64,000 bases of DNA from Octopus bimaculoides (taxonomy: Eukaryota), in contig NC_068989.1 in NCBI RefSeq assembly GCF_001194135.2, forward strand, positions 10,438,565-10,502,564, written 5' to 3'. The translations under genes were made by a program, and so were the position numbers. The notes beneath the pieces are model-generated. The model saw nothing but the letters and a program-made list of their open reading frames with translations, did not search any database and was not told the DNA's origin. Position 1 is the first letter of the stretch, and every line of letters begins with the position of its first letter. Positions 36,218 through 48,894 of this stretch are shown here, piece by piece.

Positions 36218-38325
36218 GTAAGTTTCTTTCTTCTTCAGATTCTTAAGGTTATAAATTCAACTCTTGAGTTCGTATGTTAAAATGCTGCCAACATTTCTTC
36301 ACATCTAAGTCCTCAACTTAAACAAGGAAACAAACAAAGATATATACAGAGGCATTTGTAGAAAATGTGATTTAGCACTTGCTGGGTGCTTCACAATTTC
36401 ATACTTAGTTCATGGAAGGAAAAGGCGAGGACAAGATCTCTCTGAATAAATAATAATAATAATAATTTATTTCTTTGAATAAACGTTCCATCTCAAGTTA
36501 ATGGTAGCCATGAACACCTAGGTGAAGAAACAGCAGGGCTGGTAGTTAGGCACCAAGGCAATAAGGCATTATTACAGACCCGCAGTGCCGCTTGCCATTA
36601 AAGGTCCAATTCTTGATGGAACTGCTCTAAGTTGCGTCCTGCCCAGTCAGAAGCTGTGATCGAAGAAGGTGAATGGGGGTGAACCCTAGCTGCTGCTAAT
36701 GATTGCACATGCGCATAAGGGGCTTCCGTCAGGTCTTCGGAAGGCTCTAATCCTTGCGTATGCATAGATGAATGTTCCAACATGTTGTCTAGAACTATGC
36801 GTCACTACACATTTGTACACAAGTTGAGTAATATAAGAAAATGTAAGACATGTTAAAGTTTAGTATGTGGGACTCTGCTGAGGAGTTAAATTTCCAATGA
36901 GGGAATTGTTTCATGGTCAGGAGCTGGTTCCTTCTTCATTGGAGAAATTTCAAAAACAAAGAACAGAAATGCACACACACACGTGTGCATGTATGCATAC
37001 ATACATACATGCATGCATTGTGGCTGCAACTTGGTTTTGAGCAGTACCATTGCTTGATTGTTCTCCTAAACATGAGCAGCACAGATGTGGCTTTTCTCTT
37101 CTGCTAGAAACCAACACTATTGCACAGATATGGCAATGATGGGTTCCACTTGGAGCTGGTGTTCTGCGACCTTATCACCCTCACTGACACATGCTTTTAT
37201 TCCATCGTGGAATTTTTCATTGAGTGTTTTGTCTTTCTTGGCTACAGCCAGCCATAGTAAAGCAACACATAGATTTATATAATTAGGCTTGTCTCAAGTT
37301 TTGATAAGTGATAAGGAAATGAGACACAAGTCTATTCTCAGAATGAACAGTGATCTATTGTAGATAGCTTTCCTCATAAACAGAACGAAGCTCTGTAATG
37401 CAAACTAATGAAATCATCATCTATGTGAGAATGATGTCACTACTTAAAGTAATGAGTTATTTGTATTCTGATAGAGTGGAATCTTTTAGAGTCAAGTGTT
37501 CTGTCTATTGATATAGAATACTGCAAACAGCTAAACAGACAATTAGCTTACACACATACAACCCAGAAAGAATCGGACACCTATGTAAGCATTCAACATG
37601 CTTTTGAAATTGCTGCCAAATCCTGTTTGCGATGAACAATCTATGTAGTTGTTCAACATGTGAGAAATAGCAGTCAAATCTCTCTCTTGTCATACTCTGC
37701 CATCTTAAATAAAGAAGAACTTGATGGACAATGTAGTTCTAAATAAACAAAAGAGATGGCCACAGATCTCCATAAACAGCACTGAGCTGCAATTAAAAAA
37801 ACATACATATTATTGGTGTTGGTTAGATCCAGGTGAAATTTGGTCAAGCAGGCATACAATAAAAGACATTCCAACCTTACCGTTGCAAGTTTTTTAGTGT
37901 GTACCTAGGACCTTATTTTCTTATATGCTTTTTCCTTATTTAAGAGAATAGAATGTGATTTGAGAAAGAATTGACTGTTATTTCCATGTAAAGTTCTTAT
38001 TCATCATCATCATCATTGTTTAACGTCTGCTTTCCATGCTAGCATGGGTTGGACGATTTGACTGAGGACTGGTAAACCAGATGGCTACACCAGGCTCCAA
38101 TCTGATTTGGCAGAGTTTCTACAGCTGGATGCCCTTCCTAACGCCAACCACTCCGAGAGTGTAGTGAGTGCTTTTACGTGCCACCGGCACGAAGGCTACT
38201 CACATTTAGAAACGAGGTTGAGAATGATCAGTAGGAGCTATGTACAGTGAACATGAACATGAACATGGTTTCAATTACTCTTTATAATGGCCCATATTTC
38301 TTCTCCTTTTGGTTTTCCCTTTCAG

Positions 38326-38549
38326 AAAATCTCACAGCTACATTGGATTGGGTGTCCTCCTTGCTTTCAAGAACAGCAACAAGTTGTCCAGCCCTGATCA
38401 AATTCGTGATATTATTATATCTAAATCAAATTTGCAGCTGGTCAATCAGAAAATTTATATCAAGATAGATCGTTTCTTGATACCTTACAAATCGTTAAGG
38501 GTGCATCTTATCAAAGCAGTATCTTCTGCAGCCCCTTTCTTTATTAAAG
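38326..38549 (+). CDS. Type II membrane SEA/mucin-like protein, exon 5
   Basis: Acceptor TTTCCCTTTCAG, donor GTAATC, phase 2 to 1. Encodes KSHSYIGLGVLLAFKNSNKLSSPDQIRDIII...FFIK. Confidence 0.7.
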
Positions 38550-39384
38550 GTAATCAACTTTCACCATTTTCCTCTTTCATTGTTTGAAGAAGCTAAATTA
38601 AAGGCATTTTTATTCATTCAACTTATGACACTCATTCATTTTATGTCCATTTTTAATGCTGGCATGGGTCGGGTGAATACTTACTAAAGCATTGTTTAAC
38701 AGATATTCTTTTACTCTTTTACTTGTTTCAGTCATTCGACTGTGGCCATGCTGGAGCACCGCCTTTAGTCGAGCAAATCGACCCCAGGACTTATTCTTTG
38801 GATGCCTAGTACTTATTCTATCGGTCTCTTTTGCCGAACCGCCAAGTTACGGGGACGTAAACACACCACCATCAGTTGTCAAGCGATGTTGGGGGGGACA
38901 AACACAGACACACAAACATATACACACACATACATATATATATATATACATATATACGACAGGCTTCTTTCACTTTCTGTCTACCAAATCCATTCACAAG
39001 GCTTTGGTTGGCCCGAGGCAATAGTAGAAGACACTTGCCCAAGGTGCCACGCAGTGGGACTGAACCCAGAACCGTGTGGTTGGTAAGCAAGCTACTTACC
39101 ACACAGCCACTCCTGCGCCTAGATGACTTTTCTGACACTAATCATTATCTGTTATGCATGAGTAATTTAGATTGTACATAAAATGGCATTACACACACAC
39201 AAAGTCTTTTGTTTATCATTTTAATCTTCTTCCTGGTTGTATAGTCTCAGATCAATTCTAATCAAGTAGAACTTTGATATGCAGCAAGTATTTATTCTAT
39301 CATGTATAAAAGATGAAAGTCACAATTTTTTATTTTCTTGTGTTAGTTATGAGGCTTCAAAAAAATCAAATTTTTATGTTTCAG

Positions 39385-42300
39385 AGACAGGTAATCACTT
39401 GGACTTTGCCGCACCAAATGATGTAGATGAAAATACTACTTGGAATGACCATTTACATTTAAGTACCAATCAAAATGTTACTGATCAAACCAGTTCTGTG
39501 ACAATGGTCAATACTGAAAGGATAACTGATCCTAACACAAAAACAAATATAAGTCATGATTCCATAAAGAGACAAGAAAATTCACTTAAAGCTGCTGTTA
39601 CTATACCCAGCTGGACAAGTTCTACAGGTGTTTGGGGCTATAGATTCCTTGCAGCAATCACAAGCAATTCCTTTGATCTTCAACACTCAAAAGAATTAAG
39701 TGATGTTTTTAATTTTCTCCACAACAAAACTCTAGTTGAGAAAAGTTCTATCTTTACAAATCTGACTAGAAATATCAGTGAGGACATTACTGGCCTAGAT
39801 GTCGACAAAGGTCACAGTAATCAATCTGAAATCAAACAAGTGAACTTGTCCATAACTACATTGACCCTACATAGAGAAAATAACACTAATCCCAGGACTA
39901 AGCAAGAGAACAATTCGCATGAATCAATCAATGTAAAAACTGGTATTAACATAAAACCTTCTGGTTCTGGTTGGCTGGCCATTCCTTTTCAGTATTTAAC
40001 GAGGGCTTCTTCACAAAACAAACAAAATTCATCAAGCAGCAATCACACGAATAGTAAGCATGAAAAACAAAAATCTCGTAAAGATCTGCCAGCAGAAGTT
40101 GGGATTATAAATTCCAACAAAACTGCAACAGTTCAAAATTATATGGCAAACACTGACATGAATAAAGATAATCCTTTGCAGGGACCCAATAATCTAGTGG
40201 GGATTACAAATAATCCATTTGATCTTTCTGAAAAGAATGACAGTAACATATTTAAGAGCTCACTTACACCTGTTAAAACTGATAAGAGTAGCTACAAAGA
40301 TTATATAGGAAAACAGGGGAATCTTAATTCAGATATCAAGAAAATTCCAGTTGTTACCAATAGTCAAAGAAATGTAACCGACATGTTATCAGATATTATT
40401 ATGGAAGACAACAACTCTACATTGAAGCTTCCAGTTGACACCTTTGATGAGACAACTATTAGAACATCACAACCTGGTTCAGAATCTGGGAATAAAGCCA
40501 TTGTTTCAGATTTGTATCTGCTTTCTTCCTCTGCTAATGTAACTAGGAATCAGCTAGAGATTGAAAAAACATACATAGCCAGTGGATTGAGTCAGGATCA
40601 TCCTAATGCTATAATCTCAAATTCAGGCTCAACCACTAATTCTTTTAAAGATATACTCTCTTCTCTGGTCACTTCTACTTCCAATGACAGGCCAAAGGCC
40701 CCAGGAATGGGAAAAGGAAATTTAACACCAAATCATACCCATATGAGAAATATAGGCCTCAAATCAACAGATGAATCCCATTTCGTGCAAGATGTTTCAA
40801 TAACTCCTTTGATCAACAAATATTTAAACAAAAGTGATTACATTGCTACAACAAGCAGGTCCTCCCCAGACAGGGACCAACAACCTGTTATTTTACAGAA
40901 GGTAACCACAAAAAGAAGCCAACAAGGTTTTATTGCATTAAAAGCATCTACTACAAACAGAATACCACAAGCTGTTGTTATATCAGAGTCAGACAGAAAT
41001 AGCGACCAGCAAAGTATTATTACATCACAGAAGCCTACTACAAACTGGAACCAGCAAATTGTTGGTATACTCCAGTCAAACAGAGACAGGGCTCAACAAA
41101 ATATTGATACACCCCAATCAACTAGAAACAGGGATCAACAAGGTATTGATACAGCACAGAAGCCTACCACAAATGTGAGCCAGCAAGTTGTTGATATATT
41201 CCAGCTCAACAGAGACAGGGGTCAACAAGATGTAGCTAACACAAAGTCAACTAGAAATAGGGACCAGCTAAGTGGTGTTACATTACATGAATTCACCACA
41301 GTTAAAAGCCAGTTAGTTGCTGTTACACAGAAGTCTATCACAGACATGAATCAGCAAGATGCTTCTCTACAAATGTATACTGTCACAGTGACAAGTCCTT
41401 ATCACAGGACATTCACAACAGTTGAACCCCCTCTGCCTCAGCATTCTCAGGGCATTGTGTCCCCAACAATACCTATTACAAAGAGTAACACTGATACCAC
41501 TGTTTGGTCCCAGGATTTGAATTTATTGAAAAACACAGTGAAAGCCGATAATGAAAATTTGACCATCGGAGCTGTCCATCAAGCTGATTTCCAGATTGAC
41601 AATAACATTAAGAAAGAGCATCCAACCGACTCTGAAGAAGATACTGGTGTAACTGCTTTTATGTCTGCAGGATTTGGTTGGGTAAAGATTCCTGTCAATA
41701 AAACTTTACCTGACAATAACATTGGAAATGACACTCATAATGCATTTACCAAAAAGGGTTATAAAAAGCCCACGAAACTCAGTATTGTCACCGAATCTAT
41801 GAAAGGCTCGCTACTAGCTTCTATAATCACAAATATCACCAATAGATTAACAACTAACCAGAATGTAGATGTTACTAATACTAAACCACTACATAGTTTT
41901 CACCCTACACAAAATTCTACTGCAACAAGATTGAATGTAATTAAACCCCTAGATTCTAATGTTTTAGCTTCATTTGCTCCTGAGGAAGTGCTTGTAACTA
42001 GTAAAATAACTGAGAAAAATGTTATATATATGGTGAATCATGATACATCCATAGTAAACCCTCTTGAGATTAATGTGAATACAAATTATAATTCAACAAC
42101 TAATACTCCGAATATTACAACAGCGTTTACACCTAATACCACTCGAAGAAAGGTTCAACATTCTGCCTCAACTGAGAGCTCTCCAAGACCAATATCAACA
42201 GAAATAAAGCATTTACAAAATGTTCCTACTTTTGAGCAAAACAAATCTTTGACACACCTGCTAAATGTAACTTCTGATCTTCTTCATGTGTCAAGCTCTA

Positions 42301-42692
42301 AATGGTCCCATAACCTGACTAAAACACATCCACTACATATCTCTGTTCCTCAGTTTATAAGTAATACAACCCAAGATGTGCCCACTACATCAAACCAATT
42401 TATATCCTCACCAAAATTTATATCAGATCAACAGCAATTCACCAATAATTCTTCCAGTCATGAGGCAGTGACTGTATCTTCTCCAAAGCCTCTCACTTCA
42501 ATTAATGGTTTTACCGCACCAAATCCTCCATATATGGGTTTGGTATCACCTTCAAACCAATCTGTTATGAAATTAAAAGTGACCCCAGATCGTATTTCTG
42601 ACAATATGTTTGCAGTAAAAGCTGCAACTGCAACAGCTTCTAGCTTCACAGCCACAAAGTCTTCATTACAAAAGAAACAAAAAAACAAGTAA
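39385..42692 (+). CDS. Type II membrane SEA/mucin-like protein, 3.3-kb Ser/Thr/Asn-rich exon
   Basis: Uninterrupted frame of about 1100 codons in AT-rich DNA. A phase-1 acceptor (TTTTTATGTTTCAG, ending 39384) matches exon 5. Many N-x-S/T sequons; AATAAA at 42812. Confidence 0.85.
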
Positions 42693-44784
42693 TTAATAGA
42701 AATATTGTCAAATTGTTAAGTTCACAACCAGGGACAGATTAAGATCCACAGAGGCTCTAAGCATCTAAAAGATTTTGGTGCCGCCATTATGTAATTCAAA
42801 ATATAAACAATAATAAACCATAAAATATATCGACAGGAACTGTCAAGGCCAGAGACCACACCAAGCTCCATTGTCCATTTTGGCTTGATTTCTACAGCTG
42901 GATGCCATTCCAAACGCCAACCACTTCACATAGAGTACTGGATGTTTTTTTGTTTTTTACATGACATCGGCACCAACACCAATGATATATATTTTTTTAA
43001 TTCTTTTTCTTTTATTTGTTTCAGTCACCACCTTTTAGTCGAACAAATCGACTCCAGGACTTACTCTTTGTAAGCCTAGTACTTATTCTATCAGTCTCTT
43101 TTGCCAAGCCGCTAAGTTATGGGGACATAAGCACACAAACATCAGTTGTCAAAAGATGGTGGGGGGACAAACACAGACACAAACATATATATACATATAT
43201 ATGACAAACTTCTTTCGGTTTTCATCTACCAAATCCACTCACAAGGCTTTGGTCGGCCCGAGGCTATAGCAGAAGACACTTACCCAAGGTGCCACACAGT
43301 GGGACTGAACCCAGAACCATGTGGTTGGTAAGCAAGCTACAAGGATTATCTAGAAATGATTATCTCCCTTACATTAATTGACCACATGGTTACAACTTGT
43401 TATCTAAAAATAATTTCCATGTTTGCAAAGGCGTTGCTGATCAGAATGGCCAAGCGATACTCGCTGCAACAGCCACCCAACCCCATGAGGCTCATTTCTC
43501 AAACGGGCCACAGTTATCCGGATTCTGCGGAGGAAATCAGTCTGGGATATACAATTCTCCCGCCACCATCTCCTGCTGTTTAACCCTGCATTTTTTCATT
43601 TTCTTTGTTTCCTTTGTGAGGTAGTTCTGATTTTTTTTTTTATACTTCTAATATAGTGACTTTTCTTTTTCTTCCTGCAAAAGTATGTTGCTAAATAAAA
43701 ATCTATTTTATATTAAAAAAAAAAATTAATTTCCATGTTTATTATTCAAGTTCCTGAAAATAAAACAAAGAATGTTAAATTAAAAATGTTTCTAGTAATA
43801 AATATTTCAACTATTAACAAAGAGAAAGAAATTTTAAATATGTTATCTTTTTTGATCGTGGTTACAAATTTGTGGAATACTTTATATATTAGTTATATAT
43901 GTCAAAACTTGGAAATCACAACTAACAGCCAGATGCCATGCATGTGGCCAATCCTTACCTGGTTCCAAGGTGTTGTGGAAAGATCCTGACCACCCCCCCG
44001 TGACCAAAAGTGGACTGACTCATTTCAATAAAATAAAGAAACTGTGTGAACTGTTGACATTTGTGAAAATCGATTTTTGAAACTGTTATTGAAATTGTTG
44101 ATGGATTTGTTGATTGAACTATTGTTGAATTTGTTTTTTCTACCCATTGATGGGCACGGAAGCTGGCAGCTATGCTGCGGTGGCGGGGCAGAAGCCCGGC
44201 ACCCAACATGTTGCAGCTAAGGGAAGTTGAGACGGAAGGGAGAGATTTTAAGGAATACAATTGACTAATTGTGAAGGAGGGAGATTGCCTCCGCTTAACA
44301 CCACCAGCCGACACGTTACAAAGAGCGGAGAAAAAGAGGGTGGACATTGGAATTAGACACTGAGGGAAAATGGCTGTAACTTTTTTATTTTTTAAGTTAG
44401 GCGATTTTCGTGTTCGATAATGTGTTCTATATGTCCCGGTCATGCGATTCCCCCTAAAAAATTTTTTTGCGATTTGGATTGTCCGCGTTTAGCTGTTATT
44501 TCTAGCATATCAAGTTTCGTGGTGGGGACTCCACATGTGATCCTTTTTCTGTTTCAATAGAAATTGAAGCCGTTCATTTTCACATCTAAGTTGCGAGAAG
44601 GCTACTCGTACGACCTGGACATGTAGAACACAATGANNNNNNNNNNCATATCAAGTTTCGTGGTGGGGACTCCACATGTGATCCTTTTTCTGTTTCAATA
44701 GAAATTGAAGCCGTTCATTTTCACATCTAAGTTGCGAGAAGGCTACTCGTACGACCTGGACATGTAGAACACAATGAAAATTAA

Positions 44785-45022
44785 AAATAATAGGATCGAC
44801 CACTCACGACTAGCTAGCGCGGACGCGCGAACTTTCGAGTAATAGATAGATAGATAGAGAGAGAGACAGACAGACATATAGCTCGCTCCGGCCAGTCATG
44901 GTATTAGCTGTCAGTAGCCAAAGAATCGACAGGCCAGCAACAGGCATGCAGGCAGACAGGCTGACAGACAGATGCTTCAGAGAGCACTTTCACTTCTGAC
45001 AGCTAAATAGCATGATAGTGCC
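44785..45022 (+). mobile_element. Partial copy of the Merlin-like family (right end)
   Basis: Shares AATAATAGGATCGACC...(GATA/GACA)n...TCATGGTATTAGCTGTCAG with 49914-50563 and ends in a degenerate TIR, ...GATAGTGCC. Confidence 0.6.
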
Positions 45023-46619
45023 AAGTGGCGTCATGGCTTACCTAAGATATAACAAAATTGTTATTCACCTGAATTTTTGAATTCACAACGTAAAGGGAGA
45101 GCACTCTTCTGATTCAGTTGATTTAGTGCCCTTGAAGAACAATTGCTTTCTATCCAAGGTAAAAAGCCTAACATTTTATGAGAGAGGGTTAGTCAATAGC
45201 ATCAACTCTAGTATTTGGTTGGTACTTTATTTTATCAATTCCAAAAGGATGAGAGGCTAACTGAACTTGACAGGAATTGAACTCAGAATGAATGGAACAA
45301 ATACCACAAGACATTTTGTGGGATACGAACAATTCTGCCCTTAAATAATTATAAAAATTACTTCTCAGACTAAAAGCCTCGGAGGTGGGTGTAAACTATA
45401 AAATTACTTCTGGCACTTCCCTGATATTTTGTTTTATTGACCCTGAGAGGATAAAAACGAAGTCGACTTTGATAGGAATGGAACTCAGAACATAATGACA
45501 ATATTCTTTTCTACTCTAGGCACAAGGCCCGAAATTTTCAGGGAGGGGGCCAGTCGATAAGATCGACCTCAGTATGCAACTGGTACTTAATTTATTGACT
45601 CTGAGAGGATGAAAGGTAAAGCCGACCTTGGCGGAATTTGAACTCAGAACGTAAAGACATGAAATACCGATAAGCATTTCGCCCGGTGCAAACAAGGACA
45701 AACAAGGATGGGGCAAACAAGGACAGACAAAGGGATTAAGTCGATTATATTGACCCCAGTGCGTGACTGGTACTTAATTTATCGACTCTGAAAGGATGAA
45801 AGGCAAAGTCGACCTCGGCGGAATTTGAACTCAGAACGTAGCGGCAGACGAAATACCGCTAAGCATTTCGCCCGGCGTGCTAACGTTTCTGCCAGTTCGC
45901 CACCTTGACAATATTGTTTCAAATTTTGGAATAAGGGCCGCAATTTTAGAGGAAGACCATAGTTGATTACATCAACCCCAGGACTCAACTGGTATTTATT
46001 TTATAAACTTTAAAATGACGAAAGGCAAAGTCAACTTCAGTGGGATTAGAACTTAGATGAAATGCTACTAAACATTTTATCTGGAGATTTGGTTATTATT
46101 TCTAGCTTCCTCTGCCACTGTTTGTTTGAGGGTACAGATGGAACTGATTCTTTAAAGGTGTCTTGCCACCAGTTGGCAGGAGCTCAACTCAGTGAGTAGT
46201 GTTGTCTCAAGAGGCTACCCTATTTCCTAATATTCTCACCTGCAGTCATTGACTTCCAGATGAGATAGGTATGTGGATCAAAGTAAATAGTTAACAGCAA
46301 TCAATAAGCTGTTATTTCAGCCTCCCTTCTTCTTACTTCTCCGGTATTGGAAGTCCAGCAAAGGTCACAGGTACTACCCATTGTCCTTTGACTAAATTAT
46401 AAAATTAAATAAAAGCCTTTTAATAAGTGAGGCTGGAAGGTAAAAAAGAGCAGAATCAATAAACTTTTAACAATTCAACATTTTGACTGGAAACTTTTAA
46501 TACTCTACTAACCCTTTCAAGATAGACTGGCTACTTTTGAGGATGGTGCCATTAAAATTACTGTATATGATGGCAAATAAGACTTTTTTTTTCCCAAGAA
46601 AATGTTTAAAAAAAAAAAT

Positions 46620-46862
46620 TACCATGGGTCCTATATACGATGTTGAGACTACCATAAGCTTTAATGCATAAAACTTTTAGCGGAGGTAAAAAAAAACAAA
46701 AAAACGCACACCACCTGTTTTCGGCGTAACAAAAACCCTAAACACCAGGTGTGTGCTTTCTTTATTTACCTTCGCCAATTTTTTTACTCTCCTGAATATG
46801 CGCTGCTGAAATTGGGAAACTCTTATACGCCCGAGTGTCTTTTATGCCATCAAATACGGTAC
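46620..46862. mobile_element. Degenerate Tc2/pogo-like MITE just downstream of RIOK1
   Basis: The minus strand begins TA|CCGTATTTGATGGCATAAAAGACACTCGGGCGTATAAG, resembling Tc2-type TIRs. The other end is weak. Confidence 0.35.
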
Positions 46863-46966
46863 ATACAGAAGTATACAAACATTAAACTCAACACTAAACA
46901 ACTGGTAAAATCAGTGCTTCATTCAAGAAAAAACGGTGTGTACAATAAACTACAATAATTTTTGAC

Positions 46967-48601
46967 TTAACGTTTTGTCTTCGCTAATTTCTCTTTGCGT
47001 TTTTTCACATGCTTTGGGACTTTTTGACTTCTTGACTTTTGTTTCGCTTCTTTCACTAATTTTTTACGGTTCTTGCGACTATTGGGCGATTCGTTCCTGG
47101 ATCTATGGTGAATATTTTCTTCAACGTTCTTACCACTGTCTTCGTTTTCATCATCACTATCCTGTCCGCTATCATCTGTTTGGTCAGAGTTTTCTGCAGA
47201 CTCCTCTGCAGAACAAGTTTCATCATTTTGTTTTTCAAGTAATAATGGTTCTTTTTGTGGTCCGCTTAAATCTGGTTTTTGACCAACAACTGTCTGATAG
47301 TACACCTGATCTGTGTCTCCTTTCTTAGCATTTAAAATATCACGTTCAAAATTAACAACTTCATCGAGATTTCTTGGGATAAAAATCTTCTTAAACACCT
47401 CCTCGTCTACTTTGTCTTGTTGCGTAATTTCTTCCAAAGTTCTCCCAGCAGTAATGGCCATAGCCTTATCTAGATAATCGTCCACGTTCGTGTCGGTTAT
47501 AGAAGAATCAGTGACAAAATCGAATAGTTCCTTTACAGTTAAACCACAAACAGAATGTTTACGGAAAAAGTCCGTCACATTTGTACAGTCTTTACGTAAG
47601 AAAAACAATGCGTTAGGGTGGTCGTGTTCAACCGATTGAGAAACATCGATCAAATAGATTTTCCCTTCGTGAAACAACATGTTGAATTCACTTAGATCAG
47701 CGTGAACTAACCGACATTCATGATACAAGGTTCTCATCATTAAAATACAATCGAGATACAACACACGAGCTTTTGATTCTGTTAAGACAGCTTCGTGGAG
47801 CAAAGGTGCTGGCCAGCCGTCTTTCCCGATAAACTCCATTAGGAAAACATGACTTCGTAAAAGAATAGGTTTCGGACACAAAATACCAGACTGATGTATT
47901 CTTTGAAGATTTCGCATTTCTTTCTCAGCCCACGTTTTGACCATCTTTCTGGGATTCCGCTTGCAGTATCCATGTCGAAATCTAAATTCACCCGAGACGT
48001 ATTTGTCTCGATCTTTAAAGACCAAAATCGAAGTTTTGTAAATTTTTACAGCGATATCAAAATCATCTTTTCCTGTGGCATGGTAAACATTGGCTTCCTT
48101 GCCAGTGCTAATACAACCGTTTATATTATATATGACACCACGACCTAGTAATTTAAAAATTATCATTCGAGTCCGTGGATCAAGAGCCTGTTCTGAAGTG
48201 GCTCGCTCAGACTTGTCTTTTCCTCGAAGACGTTCCGCTTCGGCTTTCCTTTCCGATTTACTAAAAAAACAATTTGATGGTCCTTCGTATTTCGTGGTTT
48301 TCATCTTCAAATCGAGAACATTTTTAAGAACTTTATCAAGAGGCTGATAAGACTCCTTCGTATTTTTACTTTGTGACGCTGATTGATGTGAATTCGTTGG
48401 TCCGCCTGACATGGCAGTGTTATATCTCTTCGTGAAATTTCCAGACATGTTGGTCCATTCAAAACTCAGGTCATCATCGTAATCATCCGAAGAATCTTCA
48501 ATTTCTTCACTTGAAGAACTGCTGTAAACTTCCTTTTCGATTTTTTCTTGTGGAATAGGCTCTGATGTATCTTCTACGGCATCGTCGAACTGTCCATCCA
48601 T
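46967..48601 (-). CDS. RIOK1: Serine/threonine-protein kinase RIO1, single-exon CDS (544 aa)
   Basis: N-terminal [44 protein letters not shown], catalytic loop [24 protein letters not shown] and C-terminal [10 protein letters not shown]. No stops or introns. Confidence 0.97.
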   Translation of the reverse strand: MDGQFDDAVEDTSEPIPQEKIEKEVYSSSSSEEIEDSSDDYDDDLSFEWTNMSGNFTKRYNTAMSGGPTNSHQSASQSKNTKESYQPLDKVLKNVLDLKMKTTKYEGPSNCFFSKSERKAEAERLRGKDKSERATSEQALDPRTRMIIFKLLGRGVIYNINGCISTGKEANVYHATGKDDFDIAVKIYKTSILVFKDRDKYVSGEFRFRHGYCKRNPRKMVKTWAEKEMRNLQRIHQSGILCPKPILLRSHVFLMEFIGKDGWPAPLLHEAVLTESKARVLYLDCILMMRTLYHECRLVHADLSEFNMLFHEGKIYLIDVSQSVEHDHPNALFFLRKDCTNVTDFFRKHSVCGLTVKELFDFVTDSSITDTNVDDYLDKAMAITAGRTLEEITQQDKVDEEVFKKIFIPRNLDEVVNFERDILNAKKGDTDQVYYQTVVGQKPDLSGPQKEPLLLEKQNDETCSAEESAENSDQTDDSGQDSDDENEDSGKNVEENIHHRSRNESPNSRKNRKKLVKEAKQKSRSQKVPKHVKKRKEKLAKTKR

Positions 48602-48894
48602 GTTGTCGGATAACAGAAATAAAAATTAAAAGTTTACAGCAACTTGACAAAACAGGCAAGTTCTGGTCAGATATAAATGGACTTATGGGTAATTTTATTT
48701 ATAAAACAAAATAGCTTCTTATGAAACTATTTTGATAATGTTTAGAGCGAAAAAGTTTCATACATAAAATATAACTTTCTTTTTCATTCATAATTATCAT
48801 ACGTGAAACTTTATTAATAGACACAAACCACGAGGGAATAGTTACGAAGTAACTGGAACCGGTGTCAATGCAAATTATGTACCTGTGGTAGAAA

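Noticed and set aside
39279-39384. The 1137-aa ORF as a stand-alone gene starting at 39279
   Set aside because: The first 35 codons are intronic-looking, and a phase-matched acceptor at 39384 links the frame to upstream exons.
44507-44777. Tandem duplication of about 130 bp
   Set aside because: Identical copies flank a 10-N gap, which indicates a contig-overlap artefact. The same applies at 51799-51870.
46975-48347. Plus-strand ORFs over RIOK1, and 42458-42688 or 40975-41178 over the mucin exon
   Set aside because: These are antisense or alternate-frame shadows of real CDSs.
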